The notes under the pieces were generated by a model. It was not told the DNA's origin. It saw only the letters and a list, made by a program, of their open reading frames with translations, and ran no database searches. Made by a program: the position numbers and the translations under genes. Below are positions 19,787-30,900 of a stretch of DNA of 64,000 bases, piece after piece. The stretch comes from a virus: positions 15,542-79,541 of the IMG/VR virus record IMGVR_UViG_3300031603_000003. One strand, written 5' to 3'. How positions within the stretch are numbered: the first letter of the stretch is position 1; every line of letters begins with the position of its first letter.

Positions 19787-20580
19787 TATTGATTCCTATT
19801 ATTCAACTTATCAAGAGCCACGGTTATAGTTCCGAATATGGTTGCAGCGATGATGCCCATGTTAATAAACTTAATCAAATCTGGCATCTTAGCTTTACTC
19901 GCGGGCCATGTAACAATTGTCTCGGGTAGCATATGGTTCATACTGTTCTCAAACACAATTGATTCTTTTCGAATGCTGTCTCCGGTATCGAATATATCAA
20001 CTCCGAGCATGCTAATGTCACCACCATCTACAATAAGCCCACTGGCATCAGTACCTAGGTACAAGCTGTCTTTAGCAAAACTAATTCCAACATCAGGAGT
20101 ACCTACCCTGTCTCTTATTGTTATGTCATTGGAGCTGGTGTCCATATCGGTTGTAGGACGATCCTTTATGAGCCTGGATGGACGTGCTTTGTGATCGAAA
20201 CTCGCCATGGCTTCGTTCACATAACCATTGTCAATATGGAAACGTATGAAATCTTTATCCACATATGACTCTTTCTCTTCGCCGTCAGTAGGCACGGCTA
20301 CTTCTTTACGTCCGCCATCGGTGAGGTACTCTTCTAAGCGTACACGACGATCTACTGGTGCATCAACATCTACTAAAATCTCCGGTACACCTAACACTAC
20401 ATATTCACGAAACTTATCTACCATGTACCCTGGAGCTTTGATTATATACAGGTCACCGTCGGATGTCTTGTCCGATTCCCCACGCATCCGTACGCATAAC
20501 CACAAGATATCTGTGTCTTTACTTACTTGTACGGTACTAGCATTTATAACCCTGGCATTCTTGTATATGTACTTGCTCAT
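19786..20580 (-). CDS. Putative central spike (gpV/gp5-position) protein with C-terminal hydrophobic helix (264 aa)
   Basis: Lies between hub and gp25-like genes. Start reassigned to MSKYIY at 20580 (ATGA overlap, AGGA upstream). Short beta-repeat stretch VGISFAKDSLYLGTDASGLIVDGGDISM. Confidence 0.55.
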   Translation of the reverse strand: MSKYIYKNARVINASTVQVSKDTDILWLCVRMRGESDKTSDGDLYIIKAPGYMVDKFREYVVLGVPEILVDVDAPVDRRVRLEEYLTDGGRKEVAVPTDGEEKESYVDKDFIRFHIDNGYVNEAMASFDHKARPSRLIKDRPTTDMDTSSNDITIRDRVGTPDVGISFAKDSLYLGTDASGLIVDGGDISMLGVDIFDTGDSIRKESIVFENSMNHMLPETIVTWPASKAKMPDLIKFINMGIIAATIFGTITVALDKLNNRNQ

Positions 20581-23500
20581 AGTCCTATTTCTCCGTTCAT
20601 AAGGCCCCATTGTGTAACAATACCATCCCAATAATTAGCATCAATGATATCACTTATAGCTATGGTGGATGCATTCCTATTGTATTGTATGCCTTCTAAC
20701 CCTGCACTGTATGCTTTACCATTGTACTGCAGTAACGACATGATGATCGGTGCATTACCTAGTTGCATGTTAGCGGCATTAATAAACTGTTTCATTTCCA
20801 TCGTCTTATATTTAATACCACCTGCTGCTATCGTAGTACCTACTATGACGAACATACTGGTAAATGCTGTTAGGAAAGACACTGCTCGTTTACCTAACTC
20901 TGATGCAATACCCTTTTCAACTAACCACTTGAAGCTAGTCTTAACGGCGTACTTAGCACCTGCTAATTCTCCACCAACTTTAAGCACAGTCCATGCGGTG
21001 CCTACTTTTCTAGTAAGACCGTTGAGTGTTGCGTTCAAGCCCATCAGCTCTGTATCAATGGCTGCTGCGGTGTTGCGCATAGAAGTAACTAAGTTGGGCT
21101 TGATAGTTGTTATGAATCCACCTGATGAACTCATGGAGTGGATAACTTCTTCCACTTCTATTACACCGCTCATTTGTGATACGGCATCCGAGATGTGAAT
21201 GTAATGCCAAGGGCGTATGGTAGCATCGCCTCTAAGTACCAGACTGCCCTGGTACATAGGTTTGATTTGATTCATCAATATCTGATCAGCTAGCATTTTA
21301 GCCTGAGGTTGCGCGTGTTTCCACCCGGCCGTGGCGTCTACGAAGTCCTCGCCTAATGTGTTAAGTCCTGTAAAATCATAGAAGATACTTGTATCACAGT
21401 TCTTCTGAAAGGATACGTACTCCCGGATATAATTAGCATCCAACTCGTTGGAGATAGATGATATTACCTTGTTCTCCTTATCCCATTCGTGTGGAGCTGA
21501 AACACCTGAGTCTTTTACGCTAGTTGGGTAATACACTGATACTTTATTTGACAGTAGATCCTCTGTGACTGTTATCTCATTAGATATGATGTGCGAGTCA
21601 CTACTGGCGAAGTGATGTTCCACGATTGGTTGGTAACTTTCGGATCCAGTTTGTCCATCATCATCCAGGAGTTGGATCAAATCTTCAAGATGTTGAGATT
21701 TAGTACCAGTTACTTGATAATTATTTGATTTAATATTAGCTAGGAACTGTGGCATATCTGCACGAAGGGCTATTGCCCATTCAGCTTTGACGGCGGTGAA
21801 TATAACTAGACGGCGTGCGCGGTTACCAGCAAGAAATCTATCTGTAAGTGTAACTGGGCCGCTAAGTGTTTCATCCAATGCAGAGTAGAACTGAGGTATT
21901 ATATTACCCTTGATATCTCCCATGTTCCAACATAACAACTGCGTAAATACTGACACTGGGTGTGTCTTAGAAGTGAATGATTCCTCTTCCATTATCTTGC
22001 TTGCGTACTTCAGGGCGAACTGTGCTAAGTGCGGTAACCCTGCATTACTTAATCGTTCAGCGGCTTGCTTTAATGGTGGACTATAATAATCATTGAAGAG
22101 GTTATCGAAGCGGCTCTTTACTGGGTTAAATTTAGAAGCCCACAGTGCGGCGTTACCTAACTTACGCGCGGCATCTTGCATATCCTGTTCTAAGTTATTT
22201 AAGCCAGTCAATGGGTCAAGCTCCCAATCTTCTTGGTTACTATTAGTTAATTCTTCTTCCGTTTGTAGTATGCGCTGTCTGATAGCGGTGGCGAACTCAT
22301 CACCCTTACCTGTAATGTGGTAGGGATCATCACTAGCTTTGTATTGTCCATCACGTGGGCCAAAGTATAGCGTAGCTCGTGGCGCTGTGCCTCCAAATAA
22401 GTAAGCACCTTCATTGTAAGGTAATGGTCTAACGATGTAGTCACCAAGATACAGTGCTTGTTCCCACAATGCATCCCATGTTGTTTGATTATTAATATGC
22501 CAGTAGAACGAGTCTTTATCGTCGAAACGATTAAAGAAGGGAACCATGTTTACAAACCCATAGTATTGTGGTCTCTTGTTGTTAACATAAATGTTATCGT
22601 ACAAGGAGTTGCCAAAGTTTAGCAGCATAGCATATTGGTTCGTACCATCTATGAGTGAATCCACGAAGTCTTTCGTACCTGCACCTACATCCCCATCGTA
22701 TAGTCCTAGTACATCTTGGGAGGCAGCAGAACCACCTACTACTTTCTTCTTCACTTTATCTAATAATCCCGAATCAACATCACTTACACCTGTACCAGAG
22801 AGCCCTGCTATACGGCCGAGCGTGTACAAGTGTTTAGTTAAATCATTTGAAGCTGCGATAAACTCTTCCGACTTTCCGTGGTGAATAGACCAACGTCCAA
22901 AGTGTTTTAAGCCAGATGTCTCACTTAAGGTAGTAAGTACGGCTTCACCTATATGTGACTCCATACTGCCGGAGGTTATACTACGGCTCATTTCTGATAA
23001 TAGTTCTACGCCGAAGCTTTGAATCTTTATCTCCAATATAGGACCTGGTATAACTTCAGTAACGGCACCGTACATTACAACCGGCAGGTTACGGTAGTCA
23101 GGCCCATAACCAAGGCGTACCATCACGGTGGTACCGGGTTGGATACGGAAACGTTCAAGGTTCTTAGGATCATCGGTGTCACGAAATAACTGAGAGATAC
23201 CTGGTGAAGTTAACTTACCAGTGACATTCGACAGGCGTATTATAGCTGTGGAGCTAGCAGAGTGCTTAGAGTCGATAACATCGATACTTTGTATACCATC
23301 GTACGTGTAGAAGTCATCGAATAAACCCCAGTCCGTGGAGTCTTCTTCGATCAAGAACATCTTAAACGCAGGGAATGCTTGAATAAAGTGATTATCCCAG
23401 TTATTATGTACCTGACTAGCGAGCTTCTTATCCAAACTTACATTCAGGAGTTCGGCGTCAATATCTGTGTACCCAAAACCTGCTAGTGCGGTATCTATGC

Positions 23501-26500
23501 TACGTGTATCACCTGCACGAACTATAACCTCGCCAATATCATTGATCATCTTGCCAAGTACCGTAGTTACGTGGGTTTTATCTTTAAAGCTACGGTTATT
23601 CAATATCTTATCTACCGCTGAGCGTACACCCTCGGAGTTTGGATTTCCCATGTTATTTATTGCTGGGAATAATACTTTTAGTCCGGGCATATCGTTCCCT
23701 AGGGTAACACCTTCTACTAACACCTTACCTCTGTTGAGTACGGTGACATCGTTTTCGACTTCACCTTCTACTTGTGTGGCTTGGTTGAGTAATGCTGCTA
23801 AGAAGAAATACTGCAATAGATGTACAGCTAGAAAGTATCTTAACATTTGTTCCTTCTGGAACTGTAGGTATTCACCTGACCTATCGGCTAATAGTTTAGC
23901 CATGTTCTCGTCTTCTTTCATTTCCTTGAACATATCTAACGTAGATATGTTGACTAACATAGCAGGATTACCAGTGCTGACTCCTTTACGATCAACAGCA
24001 CCATTGCGTAATGCTTCATAAAATGCACTATCTTCATACTTAGCAAGTCCGGAGGTGGCTTTACCTAATTCCGCACGATACATATCTTTAACTACTTCAG
24101 CAGCACCGGCTAAGCTGTCTAAGTCTTCGTTGTTGATTAGGTTACTCATGTTTAATGCGAGTTCTAACCGACTGTGATCATTAAATATCTTGGCATCCAG
24201 CAATGCAGGGGGTATCCTAGTAGCTGCGAAATACCACGCTGGGTGTAATATCTTATGAAAGTCCTGCGGCTGTGGGTCTACTTCTTTGCCATCATCCTCG
24301 TGTACACTAGCCATTAGGTCTTCTGGGAAGCTGAAGTCTGTGTAATTATTACGTACGAGCTTACTATTATTCTCTATCCATTTAGCATAGTAATTAGGTA
24401 AGTACCCGCGCCACCCGGTGAAGCCTTTCTTAGCTAAGTTCTTCATAGCTCTGTTGAAGTCAGCGCGTACGAACAATATACGCATGAACTCTCGACTATG
24501 TTCTTGCAGAGAGTACGCTGCTGCTATGGAAATACCATGTACATTGGAGTCCGTCAAGGAGATGGATGTTGGGATATCACTCTTCTGGAACACATTTGGT
24601 AGCAGTGTACCGAGGAACAGAGACGCTGCTTGATAGACGTACTGCATGTACTGATACGTACTACGTTCTATAAGTTGTGTAAGATTAGTAGCATTAAGCG
24701 TATCACTATCTCCTAGGTCACTAACTACAGCTTTACGCCAGGCATATATTTGGTCTCTGGTGGGGGTAACTATATCATTTAACAACCCGGATGCAAATAT
24801 AGCATTAGCACTTAAGTCTGGGGATACAGCTAGGAGTGTATCAAAGTCTACTGAGTACGCGAGGTCTTCCCTGAAGTACTTATTTATCATAAGTTGGAAG
24901 TCACTCTTCAGGTAATCGCGATCAACAAATATACCCGGTTTAGCTTTAGGCGCTAGGGTACGATTTGGATCTATCTTTAGCTTAGCCATTATGAGCTTCG
25001 CGGTATACTTATCGAATACGAGATTCGTTGGGAAGAAGTCCGGAGCTACCTTCTTCACATATTTAATCGAGGCACCGCCCACTGTACGTAGCTTCTCTTG
25101 CTGGTCGATGGTATTAGGATTGTGAATCATATCCAGTTCTACTGCGTACCATCCAGTTGTTCCTGGTAGGGTCTTAATCACTACGTTACGTACGGTAAAC
25201 TCTGTAGCACCGATAGCCTGTAACATTGGGTCATTGAACTCAACACGATCAGTGCCTAGGCTAATCATCGTAGCGTACGCGGCCTGCATAGCGACACCTG
25301 TTTGTGTTAATCTGATATCATTTAATCTTTCGATGAAATTGAAATCATTAGTATGGAGTGCCATGCTAACATTGAATTGCCCCATACCCATGTGTTGGTA
25401 TGTTGGGGTGTTGTACTGCGTTATATCTATAGGTACTAACTTGTTAGTGTACGAGACACTAACAGATTGAATAACTGTCTTATCTGTAGTTGGAGCCATG
25501 TCCGATGTGGAGCTAGCGAATACATAAGTCTTGGATTTAAGTTCGAGTTTCCCTACTTCACTATCGGCGGTCTTAGTGAACCTGGTTTCTAGTGAGTTTA
25601 TAAGGTTACTTAGTATACCTAGGCTACCGTCGCTGGTATCTGTTGGTAATTCAGCACCTAGCATGATAGACAAATCTTTCATAGTACTTGTCTGCGGGGC
25701 GATAGTATGCGCTAGTGGGTTGTTAATCCAAACTGTTTGAAGGTTATCGAACATGTCGGTGGCTCCCTGTAATTCTCCACGTATGGATGAATCGGGGAAC
25801 ACTTCTTTGGCAGTAGCCTTGTACAGGTTATTAGCTTCGGTTACGAGACGACGAAGCCCTGTGATAGTGCTAGCGGCGGCTTCGAATATGTCCAGTGGGA
25901 TATACTGGATGCCGGGCTTGGCCTCTAACCCTTTACGTAAGTCACTGCTGGGAGAGAATTGCTGAAGGAGTTTTAAGTTATCCAACATAGCGTCAAGGTC
26001 TAAACGTGCGCTCTTGATAAAGTTCAAAACACGCGTGGCTGGGGTATCCAGATTAGTAATCTGGTTGTATATCATTGTAACACCGCCAGCGCCGTCTGGA
26101 TTGTACGTGTCCCACCTTGAGTTCTTGCTGACCATGATAGGGTCTTCAAACTCTAAGAGTTGTGAACGATAGAATCGTATGAACTCCGGAGATTGACCTA
26201 GATCATCAGTAGTGTACAGCTGTACGCCTGCAGGTTCTTTGAGAGTTATAAGTTCTCCAGTCTGTGTAGCGAAGATGCCAGACTTAGCACTTACAGGACT
26301 ATACGCACGAGATCTGTGCAACACATCATAAATCTTATTGTTACTGATCATCTCCTGACGTCGCGGATTGGAGGTAGCCTCGTACCCTCGCATTTCTCCA
26401 TAGGGAAAGAAGTTGAAGAAACGGATCGTAAGGTACAGTTGTATTGAGTCCGGGTAACCGGGCACGGTATGAAACGATATACTATCAATAACTATAGGGA

Positions 26501-27830
26501 TTGGGAAGATAGCAGGTACTACCTCATCTTTGTTAAACTCGGCAGATATAGCTCTATCGATAAGTAGCTTACTGATTATCTTACTCTTGACCTGGGTAAA
26601 GGGTGCACGTTTAGCCATGGCTACTAAAGGACGTAGTTGTTCGTTGATAGCAGTCTTGCCGTTGATGTATAACGTAATGTTTATAGAAGGGCGTTGCGTG
26701 CTAACCGGTACAATAGGGTTACCATCCGTACGCATGCTATCAAACCCATAAGTTTGTCCAGTAGCATTATACCTTATAGCAGTAGGTGGTACGACGAATT
26801 CAAGATCACCTATACGGAATACATCTTCATCGTCTGCTATTTGGCTCTTAACTAAGCCGGGAGACGCGGCGTGCATACGATCTAATTTCTTATTGTACTT
26901 GAAGACGGTAGTTTGACCACGTGATACTTGTGGGGATGGCGAATCAGTAAGATCAGTACCTTCAGGTTCACGCATTATACGGTTTATCGCTTCTGGGTCG
27001 TTAATCTGGTTAAGCGCATTCTTCATGAATGTTCTGCCAGGATTAGGTGAGTCGAAGAAACCAACAGATGCGTTTAGAGCGTCGATGCGCTTTATTACAT
27101 ACCGATAAAATTCATTAACATCAATTACCCAGTCTGACTTATCTTCTGGTTGTATGTCGGTGTACACTGCTTTAGTACCGTCTACGACTTTACCTAAATG
27201 CCCATCAATACCGCGTTGTAATGTGTACCCCATGCCGTGATTGTAAGTAGCAACTTCGTTCAGGTACCACTGTACACCATTACGTCCATCTATAGTAATA
27301 TTCTTCCACTTATTATATATGTCGGTATGCGCATTGTTAAAGTCTTCGACTTCATATTTATGTGGTGTACCTTTTAACTCTTTAAACGTACACAGGACAT
27401 CGAACAGTTCATCGTCCATTCTGGCTGCTAACTCGTGCAGGATATTTCCCAGTATTATACGTCTACTGTCGTACTCACCGTCAATATTCATATTACCGAT
27501 GACACGGTATTCCTTAGCCCATATAGCAGCCACTGACCACAGGAGCCACATTAGCTCGTCCATGTCGGCCGGGAGTGCTGTGTTTGGATTCACGGCAATA
27601 CGCTCATAGGTATCAACTACTAGAGGACCTACTGTTAGGTTAATACCTAAACCTTTTAATGCTGTTTGGAAGTTCTCTGTCTCTCTTTGTGCCATAAGTA
27701 TAGCGTACTGGGGGTTCATCTGGTATCGACCTACTTGTCCGGCTCTATTCTCGTTACTAGTAAGTCTTTTACCGGTCTCAATAAAGGCCGCGGTCTTAAT
27801 TACGTCTTCTGGTCTTATGTATATAGGCAT
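20577..27830 (-). CDS. Giant baseplate hub protein with N-terminal lytic transglycosylase-like domain (2417 aa)
   Basis: FIETG...GQVGRYQM...ATYNHG match SLT motifs. The C-terminal half has gp27/gpD-like hub signatures (RIQPGTTVMVRLGYG; YQGSLVLRGDATIRP...VEEVIHSMSSSGGFITTI). Confidence 0.8.
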   Translation of the reverse strand: MPIYIRPEDVIKTAAFIETGKRLTSNENRAGQVGRYQMNPQYAILMAQRETENFQTALKGLGINLTVGPLVVDTYERIAVNPNTALPADMDELMWLLWSVAAIWAKEYRVIGNMNIDGEYDSRRIILGNILHELAARMDDELFDVLCTFKELKGTPHKYEVEDFNNAHTDIYNKWKNITIDGRNGVQWYLNEVATYNHGMGYTLQRGIDGHLGKVVDGTKAVYTDIQPEDKSDWVIDVNEFYRYVIKRIDALNASVGFFDSPNPGRTFMKNALNQINDPEAINRIMREPEGTDLTDSPSPQVSRGQTTVFKYNKKLDRMHAASPGLVKSQIADDEDVFRIGDLEFVVPPTAIRYNATGQTYGFDSMRTDGNPIVPVSTQRPSINITLYINGKTAINEQLRPLVAMAKRAPFTQVKSKIISKLLIDRAISAEFNKDEVVPAIFPIPIVIDSISFHTVPGYPDSIQLYLTIRFFNFFPYGEMRGYEATSNPRRQEMISNNKIYDVLHRSRAYSPVSAKSGIFATQTGELITLKEPAGVQLYTTDDLGQSPEFIRFYRSQLLEFEDPIMVSKNSRWDTYNPDGAGGVTMIYNQITNLDTPATRVLNFIKSARLDLDAMLDNLKLLQQFSPSSDLRKGLEAKPGIQYIPLDIFEAAASTITGLRRLVTEANNLYKATAKEVFPDSSIRGELQGATDMFDNLQTVWINNPLAHTIAPQTSTMKDLSIMLGAELPTDTSDGSLGILSNLINSLETRFTKTADSEVGKLELKSKTYVFASSTSDMAPTTDKTVIQSVSVSYTNKLVPIDITQYNTPTYQHMGMGQFNVSMALHTNDFNFIERLNDIRLTQTGVAMQAAYATMISLGTDRVEFNDPMLQAIGATEFTVRNVVIKTLPGTTGWYAVELDMIHNPNTIDQQEKLRTVGGASIKYVKKVAPDFFPTNLVFDKYTAKLIMAKLKIDPNRTLAPKAKPGIFVDRDYLKSDFQLMINKYFREDLAYSVDFDTLLAVSPDLSANAIFASGLLNDIVTPTRDQIYAWRKAVVSDLGDSDTLNATNLTQLIERSTYQYMQYVYQAASLFLGTLLPNVFQKSDIPTSISLTDSNVHGISIAAAYSLQEHSREFMRILFVRADFNRAMKNLAKKGFTGWRGYLPNYYAKWIENNSKLVRNNYTDFSFPEDLMASVHEDDGKEVDPQPQDFHKILHPAWYFAATRIPPALLDAKIFNDHSRLELALNMSNLINNEDLDSLAGAAEVVKDMYRAELGKATSGLAKYEDSAFYEALRNGAVDRKGVSTGNPAMLVNISTLDMFKEMKEDENMAKLLADRSGEYLQFQKEQMLRYFLAVHLLQYFFLAALLNQATQVEGEVENDVTVLNRGKVLVEGVTLGNDMPGLKVLFPAINNMGNPNSEGVRSAVDKILNNRSFKDKTHVTTVLGKMINDIGEVIVRAGDTRSIDTALAGFGYTDIDAELLNVSLDKKLASQVHNNWDNHFIQAFPAFKMFLIEEDSTDWGLFDDFYTYDGIQSIDVIDSKHSASSTAIIRLSNVTGKLTSPGISQLFRDTDDPKNLERFRIQPGTTVMVRLGYGPDYRNLPVVMYGAVTEVIPGPILEIKIQSFGVELLSEMSRSITSGSMESHIGEAVLTTLSETSGLKHFGRWSIHHGKSEEFIAASNDLTKHLYTLGRIAGLSGTGVSDVDSGLLDKVKKKVVGGSAASQDVLGLYDGDVGAGTKDFVDSLIDGTNQYAMLLNFGNSLYDNIYVNNKRPQYYGFVNMVPFFNRFDDKDSFYWHINNQTTWDALWEQALYLGDYIVRPLPYNEGAYLFGGTAPRATLYFGPRDGQYKASDDPYHITGKGDEFATAIRQRILQTEEELTNSNQEDWELDPLTGLNNLEQDMQDAARKLGNAALWASKFNPVKSRFDNLFNDYYSPPLKQAAERLSNAGLPHLAQFALKYASKIMEEESFTSKTHPVSVFTQLLCWNMGDIKGNIIPQFYSALDETLSGPVTLTDRFLAGNRARRLVIFTAVKAEWAIALRADMPQFLANIKSNNYQVTGTKSQHLEDLIQLLDDDGQTGSESYQPIVEHHFASSDSHIISNEITVTEDLLSNKVSVYYPTSVKDSGVSAPHEWDKENKVISSISNELDANYIREYVSFQKNCDTSIFYDFTGLNTLGEDFVDATAGWKHAQPQAKMLADQILMNQIKPMYQGSLVLRGDATIRPWHYIHISDAVSQMSGVIEVEEVIHSMSSSGGFITTIKPNLVTSMRNTAAAIDTELMGLNATLNGLTRKVGTAWTVLKVGGELAGAKYAVKTSFKWLVEKGIASELGKRAVSFLTAFTSMFVIVGTTIAAGGIKYKTMEMKQFINAANMQLGNAPIIMSLLQYNGKAYSAGLEGIQYNRNASTIAISDIIDANYWDGIVTQWGLMNGEIGL

Positions 27831-27997
27831 TAGCTCATCTGTGCTAGTTTAATTATGTTAAGTAAATCAACATCGTTGATATATATGTCTGCGTTTACGC
27901 CATAACGCTCAAATAACATTAAACGAATACTGTCAATCTGTTCTTGTACGTCAAGCTCATATGGCACATCAGTTAACTTTATCATTATCGTAATCAT
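27830..27997 (-). CDS. Small hypothetical protein, 55 aa (missing from ORF track)
   Basis: MITIMIKLTDVPYELDVQEQIDSIRLMLFERYGVNADIYINDVDLLNIIKLAQMS*. ATGA overlap with the RNAP stop and TAATG overlap with the hub start; fills the gap exactly. Confidence 0.8.
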   Translation of the reverse strand: MITIMIKLTDVPYELDVQEQIDSIRLMLFERYGVNADIYINDVDLLNIIKLAQMS

Positions 27998-30900
27998 CTT
28001 ACTAAAGAGCCAGCTCTTCGGAGGTAATCTGATGAGCTAATAGCTGTGTGTCTGCGCTTCTTATTATTATATTCGTAATGTGGACGTTCAGGTACACGCA
28101 TACCTTTAACCAATTGTGGTGCATTGTCTGGTGAGTTCTTCAGTTTGTCCATCAACTTATCCTTCAATGTGGCACTCTGCTCTTTTAGGTGCACGCTCTT
28201 GCGATTACGGTACCCTTTGGTAACCTCCGACATATTTGGTGTGTCATACTGTTCGCCGCCTTTTCCGATTGTCTCCCCTACGATCTGGTTCCCAGTGTTG
28301 GGATCGAAGAATAAAGCCAGTCCGGCAACAGTTAATACTTTGCGTCCATGGTTACGTAGGAATGAGTTCTGATCTAAGGCAAAAACTGATTTAGTATATT
28401 GCTTAATCTTCTCTGTAAAGATACGTCTAGAGTTGAATTCCTCTGCCAGGGCACCACCAACGTGCCCTTCCAATTCTAATAGTGTCTGGAATACGCTAGC
28501 ACTACTACGTGCAAGACCCATACGCTTGAGCTCTGGCGCTATCATCTGGGACATCTCAGTACGTAGTACCTGATCTCTGGAGATTTGACTTTCAAGGGAA
28601 CTTACGGTGATACCTTTAGTTTTATTAGCTAGATCATCCGCCGCCCCTACTGCTTGCATTAAATCTCCTAGTTTAGCGGCATATGTATCGTCTCCTCTGC
28701 TGTTAGCATCTGTTTGTAATTGGACAAGTGTACTTCCAAGCTTATGTACAGCTATACTAGCAGTATGCCAGGACTCTAATAGTTTACCGGCTCGTAGTTG
28801 TGCTTTCTCCAGGGTAGCATCATTCATGGATGCTAGATCTTGCCTATTAGCGTGGTACGTTAATGTTAGTTTACGATCTTCACCCATACGTTTAGTAAAG
28901 TAATCTATGGATGCGTCTAGAGATGTTCTATCTTCTCCCCAGGTAACTGTATTAAGATGTCCCATCATCTTGATTAGAGATGTAACAGGGTTGCTACTAG
29001 TCTTTTCTATACCCGTACGTTGCCCTAGTTCAGCTACAAATAGGTTCATTACGTGCATGTTGCTATAACCACCCATCAAATCACTAGGAGAATGCAAGTA
29101 ATCGAGAGCTTCAAGTACTGAGTTAGATGTTATACCTTTGGCGTGTAATCCTACCTCTTCCATCATTCTATTAAACATACCGCTAGCAGCTTCACGCTGT
29201 GGGCCTTCATTTAATAAGCTACCAAGTTGACGCATGACGGAGTTCGGGCCGTACGCGGCGGCATATAGTTTCTTGTGGAACCCACCAATAACTTGCGTGA
29301 ATGACTTCTGTGTCATGTACGCCAGCTGCGTGTCAACCCTGCTATCCATCTCTAGTTGTTTCTTGAAGAAACTAGCAGACAGCGCTTCGGATGGATCGAC
29401 AAACAAGTGTGGATTAGTACCCATAGCGGCTTTATCGAGCTTGTAGAGCTGTCTGGTTCCTCCGGGAGAACTTTCAGTGGCGAAGTTTGCTTCATCGAAT
29501 ATATCGGCTAGGTATGGTGTACCGCCATCTCGTTCAATCTGTATCTTCTGCCAGTCGATCAACATATTGGTATGGTTTTCGTGACTCTGTTGGTACATTG
29601 TACGCTTGATGCCAATCTTACCTTCGCGGTCTCTCCATCCACCTATGTTGATGATAGCGGCAGTATCACCATCCTGATCAGCTCGTAGGAACTTCATCGC
29701 TAGTGGGTCTAGGAACACAGATGAGCGGGTGGAGAATCCTGCACCACCGTCATACACGGCACCGACTTGTTCTGGAAATATGTAAGTACCTCCGGCCAGC
29801 ACCATTCCTTGGATGTGGGATGGGTTACGATCACGTAATTGTTTACCACTGATCTCAGCAGTAAAGAATTGGTAAGCTTCCTGATAACTAAGATCTCCAG
29901 TCTTAACTGCTTCTTTTAGCTGTCTTGCGCCTGCTTTTCCGAATACAAAACTCTCGTTTACACCAAGTCCACGTGCACGTACTACGCCAGTTACTGGGTC
30001 TATCGGGCTACCGCCTCCAGTTATTCTGTTTAGTATAGTAGATAACTGAAGCTCGCTTTGTTTGCTAGCGACAAACTCTTGACCGAGACCCTTCTTTAAC
30101 CAACCGGGAAGCTTAATCTTGGAGTCTTCTAGTACGCCTAGTGATAACTGTTCTTGCATAGATATGAGTGTTGGGAGGATACCCATGCTATTCATGATCT
30201 TACCGTGTGACATGCTTACGGTACTAGCTGTAGATCTGAATTTAGATTGCTCGAATAAGTGACCTAGTATGCCTAAAGATGCACGATCTACTATCTCGGA
30301 GGTGAGTTCACGGCGTCTGTTGTACTCACGCATGAAGTCTTCTTCAGCTGTTTCTTTAATACCAACATGGAAGGCAGTCTGAAAGGCACTAATAGCTTCT
30401 GCACCTTCGAGGAACTTAGAACTAGCACCTGCCATAATAGCTAACCCATCTTTGTCGTGTGGCCTGAGTATACCTGTTAAGGCTGGGAAGATGACTTCAT
30501 CTATAATGTTGGGCCCGCGCTTGTCGGCGTTGCTTTCTATAAATTCACGGAATGCTTTGAATTTAGCCTTGTCCATACTACCTGCGGACTGTAACTCTCC
30601 ATGTATAGCGAGATCTTTGACTGCACCCATGTGTTTTATGGAGAGTGTCATGTTCTCAGTGCCGATACGCTTCTTGATAGCCTTACGGAACGCATCACGC
30701 TCTTCATCGTTGAACTTAGACATGTCGATCTTATCCAACATTTCATCTACACTGTCTAGTTTGAAACCTCTGTACGCTGGATCATTCTTCTCTAGTGCTC
30801 CGAACAGATTATCGCTGTCGAAGAACGCGGCACGTACTTGACTGATACGTGATTCAGCCATACCAGCAAGTTGTATATATTCTCCGGTTTGTGTATCCTG

